A stretch of DNA of 64,000 nt from Octopus sinensis (Eukaryota): positions 32,438,464 through 32,502,463 of the forward strand of contig NC_043011.1 of NCBI RefSeq assembly GCF_006345805.1. Direction: 5' to 3'. The notes under the pieces are model-generated. The model saw nothing but the letters and a program-made list of their open reading frames with translations. It had not been told where the DNA came from and searched no databases. Shown piece after piece: positions 12,614 through 23,966 of this stretch; position 1 is the first letter of the stretch; every line of letters begins with the position of its first letter. A program made the translations under genes and the position numbers.

Positions 12614-15206
12614 TCAACGAGGAGTTTGCATATTAAGTTGTGTTTGGAATTTTTCAATAAAGAGATTCTCCTTGTTAATTCTCTCCTGTGTGGTAATCCC
12701 GTCTTTACATTGGTAGAAGGGGAATATATAGAATTTGGGGTTTAAGTCTTTAGCACATGAGTCTAAGTGGTCACTCAGTGGAATTTGTCGGTATTCCGGG
12801 AGATTTATTTGTTCTTTATGCACCGTTACTCGTTTACGTAACGGGAGACTCGTTTGTCCAACATAATTATGTTAGCAACCAGCGCATGTGAGAACGTAGA
12901 TAAGGTTCTCGGAGGAACAGGAGAAGTTAGTCTTGATTTTAAACTTCGTACCTTGTTTGAAGGTAAATTCAGAGCCTTCAAGTAGAAAGGGGCAGGTACC
13001 ACAGTTTGAGCGTGCACATTTTTTTACTGTTGGGGGTGGATGTGGTGTGTGAAGTTTGGCATTTGTCAAGAGTTTTTTTAAAGATTTGTGTTGCCTTTTG
13101 CATTTGAGGATTTTGTGTGTATTTATAATGTTTTTCATTTTTGGGTCTGTTGACAGTAGACTGAGGTTGTATGATTGTGTTGTATGCTTCGATATTTTTG
13201 GGTTGTGGGTGGAAAGTATGGAAGTATTTTGAGGTTGTGTTGTGGTGTTAGGTTGGGTGGTTTTCAGTGTAGTGTTGTCTAGTTCTTTGGCGCGTTTTAT
13301 TCCATACTCTATAAGGGTGGAGGGATATTGACGTTGTAATAGTGTTTTTTTTAGGTCTTGAAGGCGTATTTCTCGTGTTTTTGGATCCGAGACAATGGTG
13401 CATACCCTTTTAGCTAAATTGAAAGGGATATTTGTCTTGGTGGTTTTGGGTGGCATGAACTAAAGAGGAGGTATTGTTGTGAGTCTGTAGGTTGTGGTAG
13501 ATGTCTGTTATGATTTGGTTCTTAGGTGTTTTTATAATTAGGAGATCAAGGAAGGGGAGATGATGTTTGCTTAATTCCATAGTGAATTGGATGTTGGGAT
13601 GTATGTTGTTTAGTATGGTTTTGAATTCCAGGAGTTTTTCATAAGGTTCTTTCCATATGATGAAACAATCATCTAAATACCTTTTCCAGTTTTCCATTAG
13701 GTAGGTGTGGAAAACATGTCCAAATTTCTGGCTTGATATTTCATAGAGTGACAGTTCGAAGTACCCATTATGAGGTTCGCAAGGACTGGTGCAGCCTTGG
13801 TCCCCATCGCAATGCCACATTTTTGGACGGTAGTGTGTGTCGTCGAAGAGAAAAAAATTGTTTGTCAGAATGAACTTAAGAGATTCTGTAATAAAAGACT
13901 TGTTAATGCGGTCAGGGAATGTCTCTGGGTGTTTTTCTAGCCAGAAGTCAATTGCCTCTATACCATACTCATGTGGAATGTTGGTGTAGAGGTTGATGAC
14001 ATCAAGGATACCAGGAGTGCCTCCTCGTTAACTGTTTTCGGGAGGTGTTTGAGCATGTCCAGATCATCCCTAATGAAACTTTTAATGTGGGTAAGGAAAG
14101 GTTTCAAAAGGATGTCTAGGAAGTTACTCAGGCGGTGTTTTCACAGGAGGTACCAGCCACGATGGGCCTTAGTTTTAGGTCCTCCGGTGCTTTGATGTTG
14201 ATGTGGATGTCAGTGGAGAGTTTGCAGGCTTCGGTGATGTATTTGTTTTTATGGATTTTAGGAAGGCCATAAAAAAGGCTGGCTTGCATTTGAAAATGGT
14301 GATATAATCCCTTTCTTTTTCTGTGAGTCCCTGACCGTGTTGGCATATGAGTGTGGTGAGTTTCTGATTGTTTTTTGCTGTTTGTAGTTGTTAATAACCT
14401 CATAGAAAATGTTATTGTTAAGCATGGAGAACACTAGGTGTTTATAAAATTCCGTGTCCATAAGGAACACCACTCCCTTTGTCCGCTTCTTTGATGGTGA
14501 GGTTTTTATCCAGTTGTATGTCACGTAGGTTTTCCCATTCTTCCTTACTGAAATTGGATTTTACCTTGGTTTTGCTTGGGGTAAAGGGGAGACTCTGGAT
14601 GTGTTTACAGAAATCGTCCAGTGTTTTATTTCTCCCTTTTGGTGGTAGGAAGTTGCTTTTATTTCTGATCAATGAATCGTCCCCATTGTTGATATCTGTC
14701 AAAGCTTCTGTTAGGCGAAGTTTTCTGCAGAATTCAGAAACGTCATCCTTGACCATCCTTGGGTGTTCTTGGGGTGGGTGTGAATTTCAAACCTCTTGCT
14801 AGGATGTTGATTTGGGTTGGTGTCAGTGTTTTGCTGGAGAGGTTTATAATTTTTGTTTTCTTATTTTGGGTCTGTGTTAGCGGTGGTGTTTGTATTTTTC
14901 CCCTCTGTCTAAAAAATGGTTGTTGAGGTAAGGGGTGTATTCTTTGTTAAAGTTCTGGTTGTATGTGTAGGAGTGTTTTTGGGTGGGGAGGTTGGAGGGG
15001 GGTAGGTAGTTGTCGTATTTGTGTTGGTATGGGATGCGATGGTGTAAGGATTTGTGAGAAATGCGATGGGTTTGTGGGTGTGTGTCTGGTAGATTGTATG
15101 GGGGATGTAGGGGGGTATATAGTTGTGGTGATTGGGTTCGTGTGGGATGTGAGGGTTTGGAGATCTGTAGGAGATGTGGTAGGAATGTGGTTGTTGGATG
15201 GGTGGA
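12614..15206 (-). pseudogene. PLE2 RT + GIY-YIG coding region (frameshifts and an in-frame TAA at 12872-12874)
   Basis: ORF pieces 14442-14756, 14128-14403, 13410-13820 (WKRYLDDCFIIW), 12872-13456 and 12614-12823 tile one PLE polyprotein. Confidence 0.9.
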
Positions 15207-18200
15207 CTTCTTAAAACATAAATATTCTTGACAAGTCATACAATGACGAAAACCGGTTGAATAAATATATATTTATATATTTTATCAATTTCTCATTTTA
15301 TTAAAATCTTCTTTCATTTGAGCATTCTGCATTTTTAAAAAAAATTTTTCCTTACTTATCATTTCTCCACGTGCGGTCATTTATTGATCTGTACCCTCTA
15401 CCACACGTGTGATTCAGAATGTTCTCCGAAAAACAAGAGCACTCTTACAGAGACAGTCACCAATAAGACCATTCTAAAAGAACTCAAAGTACTCAATACA
15501 CATCTACTTACATTCTCCAAAAAATTGACGAACTTCTCCATCAATCCCGGACAACTCAGAAAACAACAACCATCATCAACAACTTTCGGATAAAATTGAT
15601 GTAAACCTAAACGAAATCAACACTACACTGAAAACTCTACTTCGGATAAGATAGATGTAAACCTAAATGAAATCAACACTACACTGAAAATCTACTTACC
15701 AATTCAACGCCAAAGAGACCTCAGACCACACTCAACACAAGAAGGAACACCTTCAACCACAGCACAACGCATTAAAAACCAGATCATCACTACTTGGACT
15801 AAGAAACTACACAACAGAAAACTCTCTTCTGGAACATGCTCAAAAACCAAAACAAAGCTGAAATTTACGACAAATGTTAAACTAAACTCCTCCCCTATCA
15901 TACTACCCCGAAAATTCCAAATCAAACACATCCCAGACGAACCTGAAAACAACGCTCCTAAGAGAAAAACTAACATTGAAAAAATGAAAACCGAAGTAGA
16001 ACTTCTAAAACTCAGAGCACAAAACCACGAACAAAAATACACAAAATAGACGATGAGATACTTCTAGAACTAACCTCACACACCAACGAACAGCCCCTCG
16101 AACTTGTTATTAAACTATGGAAAGATGAATGTGAAAAGGAAGAACGAACTCCCTTAAACGCTGGGAAAACAACAAAGATTTCTTCCTCAACTATGAAACA
16201 CAATTCATATTAAACCATAAATCCAAAACCCATTCATAAAAGTACCCACAACACAGACTTCCACTGTACCCCATAAACACCATTCCAAACCGCACCTCAA
16301 ATACACATACTCTCCAAACCCCCTCCTAACAGGACACAAACCTCCCCCAACCATATAAAAAACCTTTTCCCCCCCGAAACATCTCAAACAAGACCCACCA
16401 CAAAACCTGGTTTTCCAATCACTCTAACACCCCTCCCCCACCGATTAGAACCTTCAAGAACCTCCCATACACTAGAAATTATCCCCCCCTCAAGGCTCCC
16501 CTCCCTCACACTAATAACAAACAAGGCATCCTACCCAACACCGATACATATAAGACCCACCCAACGAACACCCTATAGTCCACCCATCCAACAACCACAT
16601 TCCTACCACATCTCCTACAGATCTCCAAACCCTCACATCCCACACGAACCCAATCACCACAACTATATACCCCCCTACATCCCCCCATACAATCTACCAG
16701 ACACACACACCCACAAACCCATCGCATTTCTCACAAATCCTTACACCATCGCATCCCATACCAACACAAATACGACAACTACCTACCCCCCTCCAACCTC
16801 CCCACCCAAAAACACTCCTACACAACAACCAGAACTTTAACAAAGAATACACCCCTTACCTCAACAACCATTTTTTAGACAGAGGGGAAAAATACAAACA
16901 CCACCGCTAACACAGACCCAAAATAAGAAAACAAAAGTTAAAACCTCTCCAGCAAAACACTGACACCAACCCAAATCAACATCCTAGCAAGAGGTTTGAA
17001 ATTCACACCCACCCCAAGAACACCCAAGGATGGTCAAGATGACGTTTCTGAATTCTGCAGAAAACTTCGCCTAACAGAAGCTTTGACAGATATCAACAAT
17101 GGGGACGATTCATTGATCAGAAATAAAAGCAACTTCCTACCACCAAAGGGAAATAAAACACTGGACGATTTCTGTAAACACATCCAGAGTCTCCCCTTTA
17201 CCCCAAGCAAAACCAAGAAAATCCAATTTCAGTAAGGAAGAATGGGAAAACCTACGTGACATACACTGGATAAAAACCTCACCATCAAAGAAGCGGACAA
17301 AGGGAGTGCTGTGTTCCTTATGGACACGAATTTTATAAACACCTAGTGTTCTCCATGCTTAACATAACATTTTCTATGAGGTTATTAACAACTACAAACA
17401 GCAAAAAACAATCAGAAACCTCACCACACTCATACCCAACACGGTCAGGGACTCACAGAAAAAGAAAGGGATTATATCACCCATTTTCAAATGCAAGCCC
17501 AGCCTTTTTATGGCCTTCCTAAAATCCATAAAAACAATACATCACCGAAGCCTGCAAACTCTCCACTGACATCCACATCAACATCAAAGCACCGGAGGAC
17601 CTAAAACTAAGGCCCATCGTGGCTGGTACCTCCTGTGAAACACACCGCCTGAGTAACTTCCTAGACATCCTTTTGAAACCTTTCCTTACCCACATTAAAA
17701 GTTTCATTAGGGATGATCTGGACATGCTCAAACACCTCCCGAAAACAGTTAACGAGGAGGCACTCCTGGTATCCTTTGATGTCATCAACCTCTACACAAC
17801 ATTCCACATGAGTATGGTATAAGGCAATTGACTTCTGGCTAGAAAAACACCAGAGACATTCCCTGACCGCATTAAACAAAAGTCTTTTATTCAGAATCTC
17901 TCTTAAGTTCATTCTGACAAACAATTTTTTTCAAAGAACTAGACAACACTACACTGAAAACCACCCAACCTAACACCACACACAACCTCAAAATACTTCC
18001 ATACATTTCCACCCACAACCCAAAAATATCGAAGCATACAACACAATCATACAAAACCTCAGTCTACTGTCAAGAACCAAAAATGAAAAACATTATAAAT
18101 ACCCAAAATCCTCAAATGCAAAAGGCAACACAAATCTTTTAAAAAAATCTTGACAAATGCCAAACTTCACACACCACATCCACCCCCACAAAAAAAATGT

Positions 18201-19350
18201 GCACGCTCAAACTGTGGTACCTGCCCCTTTCTACTTGAAGGCTCTGAATTTACCTTCAAACAAGGTACGAAGTTTAAAATCAAGACTAACTTCTCCTGTT
18301 CCTCCGAGAACCTTATCTACGTTCTCACATGCGCTGGTTGCTAACATAATTATGTTGGACAAACGAGTCTCCCGTTACGTAAACGAGTAACGGTGCATAA
18401 AGAACAAATAAATCTCCATCGGAATACCGAAATTCCACTGAGTGACCACTTAGACTCATGTGCTAAAGACTTAAACCCCAAATTCTATATATTCCCCTTC
18501 TATACCATGTAAAGACGGGATTACCACACAGGAGAGAATTAACAAGGAGAATCTCTTTATTGAAAAATTCCAAACACAACTTAATATGCAAACTCCTCGT
18601 TGATCAAACTTCTTTCTCTACCTCACTCTTCATGGATGGACTAACACAAATATATAAAGATACCATGCATTCATCACTTCAAGCTAAAACTTATATTCTT
18701 TAAATATCATTTTTACTATTGTTGTTATTACTATCATTTTTATTATAAATGATATGACAATTTGAATGCAATTGTCTATGCAGATTTATATTATTAGAAA
18801 ATAATAAAATAAAGTGTTAAAATCTGAAAGTTAAGTTAACAAGCAATTATATAAAAAAGATAATGCAAATGAAGCTAAAATGATAGTTTTATAATTTGGG
18901 TTTTATTGAAGAACTCAAAAGAGTTGTCTCCCCTTACTCACAACACAGGAACTGAAGAACCAGGACCACAATTACTACTACTTCCTGTCCTGCAAACATG
19001 CTGAATTTAACAACACAACACATGCTCTTAATCCCTTTGGATCTTAACACCTCAAGGTAATTTTTTCGTAAACAACCATAAACCTCAAGATACACAACGA
19101 ACTCACAATGTATCGGAGAACTTATTTTTTAATTTTTGTACATTTTTATCATTATTCTTTTACAAAAAAACAATGCAATTTTCTTTTTTTCCCCTTTCTA
19201 ATTTTTAAAAAAACTTCTTAAAACATAAATTCTTGACAAGTCATACAATGACGAAAACCGGTTGAATAAATATATTTTTATATTTTTATCAATTTCTCAT
19301 TTTATTAAAATCTTCTTTCATTTGAGCATTCTGCATTTTAAAAAAAATTT
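15207..19350 (+). mobile_element. PLE2 right arm: pLTR, long N-terminal region, RT with internal deletion, GIY-YIG, pLTR
   Basis: Reverse complement of the left arm plus ~1.4 kb of extra 5' sequence. A deletion junction at ~17931 removes about 560 nt (left-arm 13290-13849, including IAMGT and YLDD). Stop at 18601-18603; the arm ends in (TA)n. Confidence 0.92.
15223..15263 (+). ncRNA. Candidate atypical hammerhead (U3-A8 core), PLE2 5' pLTR
   Basis: TATTCTTGACAAGTCATACAATGACGAAAACCGGTTGAATA. A further copy lies at ~19228-19268. Confidence 0.55.
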
Positions 19351-19356
19351 TTTTTT

Positions 19357-19436
<80 letters not shown>

Positions 19437-19448
19437 ATATGTATATAT

Positions 19449-20049
19449 TGAAAGGGGTAAACGTTTTTTATTTCTCTTTCTATTTCAGAATTACAACTAC
19501 TTAGCGGTATGAGTTTTGGCTGCTCTTTCTAGTGAGTCGAATGTCCTATATGGCCATTCCTTATATTGTTGAACGTATACTATATAGTCTTTGACTATTT
19601 TTTCTTTCTCATTAGACCGCTGGTAGCGGAGAATTTTTTCTAGAATTTTTTGCTACCCTTATATTTATTAATTAATGATTTTTTTGGCTAATTTTGAAAT
19701 TAAATCAGCAGTTTATATTTGCTGCTGAGAAGACCGCGCGATTGCGGTAAGATTTGAAAATTTAGAGCATATGTACTGGAGGCTTCTTTACCATAGCGTC
19801 GTGGACATATACTCGTCCTAGGCTCTCTGCTGACAAGGCACGCCAGATGTAGATGAATTTAATTTAATTTAATTTAATTAATTCATTTGCCAAAGTTTTG
19901 CCGAAACTATGCATAGTCCAGAGATGAAAGGGGTAAATGTTTTTATTTCTCTCTCTATTTCAGAATTACAGCTACTTAGCGGCATGAGTTTTAGCTGCCC
20001 TTTCTAGTGAGTCGAATGTCCTATATGACCATTCCTTATATTGTTGAAT

Positions 20050-20052
<3 letters not shown>
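19449..20052 (+). mobile_element. Retrozyme-like element R1, native copy
   Basis: TGAAAGGGGTAAA starts at 19449 and again at 19925. HHR at 19824-19924 has core CTGACAA in this copy (G8>A versus the left copy). Confidence 0.75.
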
Positions 20053-20103
<51 letters not shown>

Positions 20104-20149
20104 ATATACGCATACACATACACAAATATATTATTAATATTTGACTAAT

Positions 20150-20580
20150 GTTGCGAACTGGCAGAATCGTTAGCACGTCAGGTAAAACTGCCTTATGGTA
20201 TATCTTGGCTTTACGTTATCAGTTCAAATACCACTGAAGCCGACGTTGCATTTCATCCGTCCGGGGCCGATAAAATAAGAACCAGTAAAGTACTGGGTTC
20301 GATGTAATCGATTTCTAACTCCCTTCAATAACTATTGGCCTGTGCCAAAACTTGAAACCGTTGTTAAAATCAGCTGAAGGCGGCGAGCTGGCAGACTCGT
20401 TAGCACGCCGGGCAAAATGCTCAGCGGCATTTCGCCCGTCTTTACGTTCTGAGTTCAAATTCCACCGAGGTCGATTTTACCTTTAGCCCTTTCGGGATCG
20501 ATAAAATAAGTAATAGATGAACACGGGGGTGGGGGTGTCGATGTAATCGACTTACTTCCTCCCACGAACTTAGTGGTCTT
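20150..20580 (+). mobile_element. Two SINE family A copies
   Basis: Family A head, B-box and body; mirrored at ~10030-10450. Confidence 0.75.
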
Positions 20581-21131
20581 CTACCAAAATTTGTAACCAT
20601 TAACAGCAGCCAAAGTGTTTATTGATATATGGTGCAACTGCTTGTATGCTTGTATGTTGTTAAGCATGTATAAGTTAATAGATAAATTATGCGTGTGTCT
20701 GTGTGTATCTATGTATTACATACAAACACACCCACGGTATTAAGTCGCCGTCGAATTGCTATGTATGATTATGGTAGATGCTGAAAGCAAAACAGAAAGA
20801 AAATCTAGATAAATATAAAAGGAACGAATTAAGTATCGAAGAAGCCTTTCCCTCCTTTTTATGTTGTCTTTACGTTTTTTTTTGTTTTCAATTCGTTTTT
20901 TTCCAAATCGTGTCTTCTGATCGCAATCTTTTAGTTGACCAGAAACTGGAAATGAGAAATCAGCTTAAAGTATTGTCTATCAACAGCATGCAGACCTTAT
21001 GATACTTGCTTAGAAAGTCTATTTATATTAGTCTTCAATGCATCATTTCCTTAATCTACCTTCTCTGTTTGAATAATAATAATATAATAACAACAACAAC
21101 ACAACACAACAACAGCAACAACAATAATAAT

Positions 21132-21376
21132 ACTCTAGATAAGATCCCAGGAGAACCATATCTCAGAGAAATCCAAAAGATTGTGCTGGCAAGTACAGCC
21201 CACATCCTTAGAAAAACCATATTTAAATGCCTGTGTTACGTTACATGAAGATATTTCGGTTCCTTTCCTCCCCAAGCTTTCAGTCTTACTGTAACATCTC
21301 TTATCCTTCACTCGCCCCAGGACATTGGGTGTGTTTCGGCAAGTGACTGTAACAAACGTGGAGAGTAAAAGTAAAA
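21132..21376 (+). mobile_element. 3' end of an REL-endonuclease LINE (R4/Dong-like) in (TAA)n
   Basis: Same LDKIPGEPYLREIQKIVLASTAHILRK terminus; TAA-type repeats on both sides. Confidence 0.7.
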
Positions 21377-21399
21377 ATAATGATAATAAAAATAATTTT

Positions 21400-22000
21400 T
21401 TCTACTAAAGGCATAAGGTCTGAAATTTTCGGGCAGGGGGATGGTCGATAACATTGATCCCAGTGCTTAATTGGTACTTATTTCATCGACCACGAAAGGA
21501 TAAAAAAGGCAGAGCAGAGTCGACTGGGTGTAATTTGAACTCAGAATATAAAAGACGAACGAAATCTTTTTCTTTACTACCCACAAGGTGTTAAACACAG
21601 AGAGGACAAAAAGGACAGACAAACGGATTAAGTCGATTATATCGACCCCAGTGCGTAACTGGTACTTATTTAATCGACCCCGAAATGATGAAAGGCAAAG
21701 TGGACCTCGGCGGAATTTGAACTCAGAACGTAGCGGTAGACCAAATATCTGTTACTTTACTACCCACAAGGGGCTAAACCCAGAGAGGACAAACAAGGAC
21801 AGACAAACGGATTGAGTCGATTATATCGACCCAAGTGCGTAACTGGTACTTATTTAATCAACCCCGAAAGGATGAAAGGCAAAGTCGACCTCGGCGGAAT
21901 TTGAATTCAGAACGTAGCGGCAGACTAAATACCGCTAAGTATTTCGCCCGGCGTGCTAACGATTCTGTTAGCTCGCCACCTTTCGGGTTCAATAAAATAA
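21400..22000 (-). mobile_element. Tandem SINE family A array
   Basis: Head at ~21980 followed by repeated ~190-bp body units. Confidence 0.8.
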
Positions 22001-22337
22001 ACACCAGTTGGACATTGGGGGTCAATGTAATCAACCTCCCCCTCTCCCGAAAGTGCAGACTTTGCGCCAGAATTTGCAATCAGTGTCAGAAGTCAATAAA
22101 ATAGCGGGCATATGGTACAATCACTGGCACATCAGACAAGATGCTTTGCGACATTTCTTCCGACGCCTTACGTTCTGAGTTCTAATTCTGGTGAGGCCTA
22201 TTTTTCCTTTCATCCCTTCTGGGATCGACAAAAATAAGTACCAGTTCTGAAGCGTAAGTCGATATAATCAACTTCCACTTCTTTATCTAAAATATCTGGC
22301 ATTGTGTCAAAATTGAAAACAATATATGCGGTCGCAT

Positions 22338-22378
<41 letters not shown>

Positions 22379-22591
22379 TAGAGCAATAAAAAAATGGAGA
22401 AGATCAATAGGTGGTATTCATCACTTTTAGACATTATATTATGTCAATTTATTTACTAAAAGAACAATTATAAAAATATACATACATGTATAACATATCA
22501 TGCTTTACATATATATTATTAAAATATAACAAATATTGGATAGATATTATCCCTCAGTTGGTTGGATTCACAACCTCTAACTTTCTTGGAA

Positions 22592-22640
<49 letters not shown>

Positions 22641-22659
22641 TCTTACTCTTTACTCTTTT

Positions 22660-23040
22660 ACTTGTTTCAGTCATTTGACTGCGGCCATGCTGGAGCACCG
22701 CCTTTAATCGAGCAACTCGACCCCGGGACTTATTCTTTGTAAGCCCAGTACTTATTCTATCGGTCTCTTTTGCCGAACCGCTAAGTGACGGGGACATAAA
22801 CACACCAGCATCGATTGTCAAGCAATGCTACGGGGACAAACACAGACACACACACGCACACATATATACATATACATATATACGACGGGCTTCTTTCAGT
22901 TTCCGCCTACCAAATCCTCTCACAAGGCTTTGGTCGGCCCGAGGCTATAGTAGAAGACACTTGCCCAAGGTGCCACGCAGTGGGACTGAACCCGGAACCA
23001 TGTGGTTCGTAAGCAAGCTACTTACCACACAGCCACTCCT
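22660..23040 (-). mobile_element. Full-length SINE family B (CORE-like)
   Basis: AGGAGTGGCTGTGTGGTAAG head, GCACCTTGGGCAAGTGTCTTC CORE-like block, and ...TGACTGAAACAAGTAAAAGAG tail. Confidence 0.85.
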
Positions 23041-23308
23041 TATTTATATAAATAAAACAAACGATGGACAAAACAATTCCTTCAAGGGATGTAAAACATC
23101 CAATTCGCTGGTGCAGCAGTTAAATACCACAGAAAAAGAAATGGTATAAGTACAAAATGCAAATGTATATAAGTCGAAACAAATTGTTGGTTTTATATGA
23201 TTTTTATTAAAATTTGTTATTTTATCTTGTTATATTATATTATATTATAAATGTAAATAAATAGTTAGTTTGACAATTGTATTTCTCTGTTTCATTTAAT
23301 ATTTGTTT

Positions 23309-23358
<50 letters not shown>

Positions 23359-23363
23359 ATATA

Positions 23364-23415
<52 letters not shown>

Positions 23416-23430
23416 CATATATATATATAT

Positions 23431-23462
<32 letters not shown>

Positions 23463-23519
23463 TTAAATAAAAAATAAAATAAATATATATATAATATTTA
23501 AAAAAAAAAATTTTTTAAT

Positions 23520-23809
23520 TTTTTACCTTTTTCAAACCTAGCCAGGCTCATGGGCCCGGTTTCCCGGTTTCTATGGCGTATGTGTTCCCCCCAGCGGGAC
23601 GGTACGCCAGTCCATCGCAGGAAGAAAGAGTGAGAGAAAGTTGGCGCGAAAGAGTACAACAGGGGTCGCCACCCCCACCCTCCGCCGGAGCCTCGTGGAA
23701 CTTTTAGGTGTTTTCGCTCAATAAACACACACATCGCCTGGTCTGGGAATCGAAACCGCGATCCTCCAACCGCGAGTCCGCTGCCTTAACCACTGGGCCA
23801 TTGCACCTC

Positions 23810-23810
<1 letters not shown>
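23520..23810 (-). mobile_element. tRNA-head SINE family C
   Basis: GGTGCAATGGCCCAGTGGTTAAGGCAGCGGACTCGCGG...GGTTTCGATTCCC head (A/B boxes). Related copies at 33850-34150 (-) and 48790-49085 (+). Confidence 0.8.
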
Positions 23811-23843
<33 letters not shown>

Positions 23844-23966
23844 CATATACACGCATTCACTTATACACACATATTGGTTTCAAATATTGACAAAAGGCCA
23901 GCAATTTCGGAGAAGGGGTAAGTCGATTACATCGACCCCAAGTGCTCAGCTAGTCGTACTTATTTT

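Larger units (their letters stand above)
11854..15206 (-). mobile_element. Penelope-like element PLE2, left arm, 5'-truncated (Neptune-like)
   Basis: RT motifs EADKG, FYGLPKIHK, LRPIVAG, SFDV.NLY, IAMGT, RYLDD, LPFLD. Linker C-x4-C-x2-C (CARSNCGTC). NLIY...YVGQT...R...H GIY-YIG, then pLTR. Confidence 0.93.

Noticed and set aside
12872-12874. In-frame stop next to the CxxC of the PLE2 endonuclease as possible selenocysteine recoding
   Set aside because: The codon is TAA, not TGA, and it is not at a Cys position; it is probably CAA>TAA.
14877-16727. Antisense and His/Pro/Val-rich ORFs around the PLE2 centre as separate genes
   Set aside because: They are alternative frames or antisense readings of the PLE2 low-complexity linker and N-terminal region.
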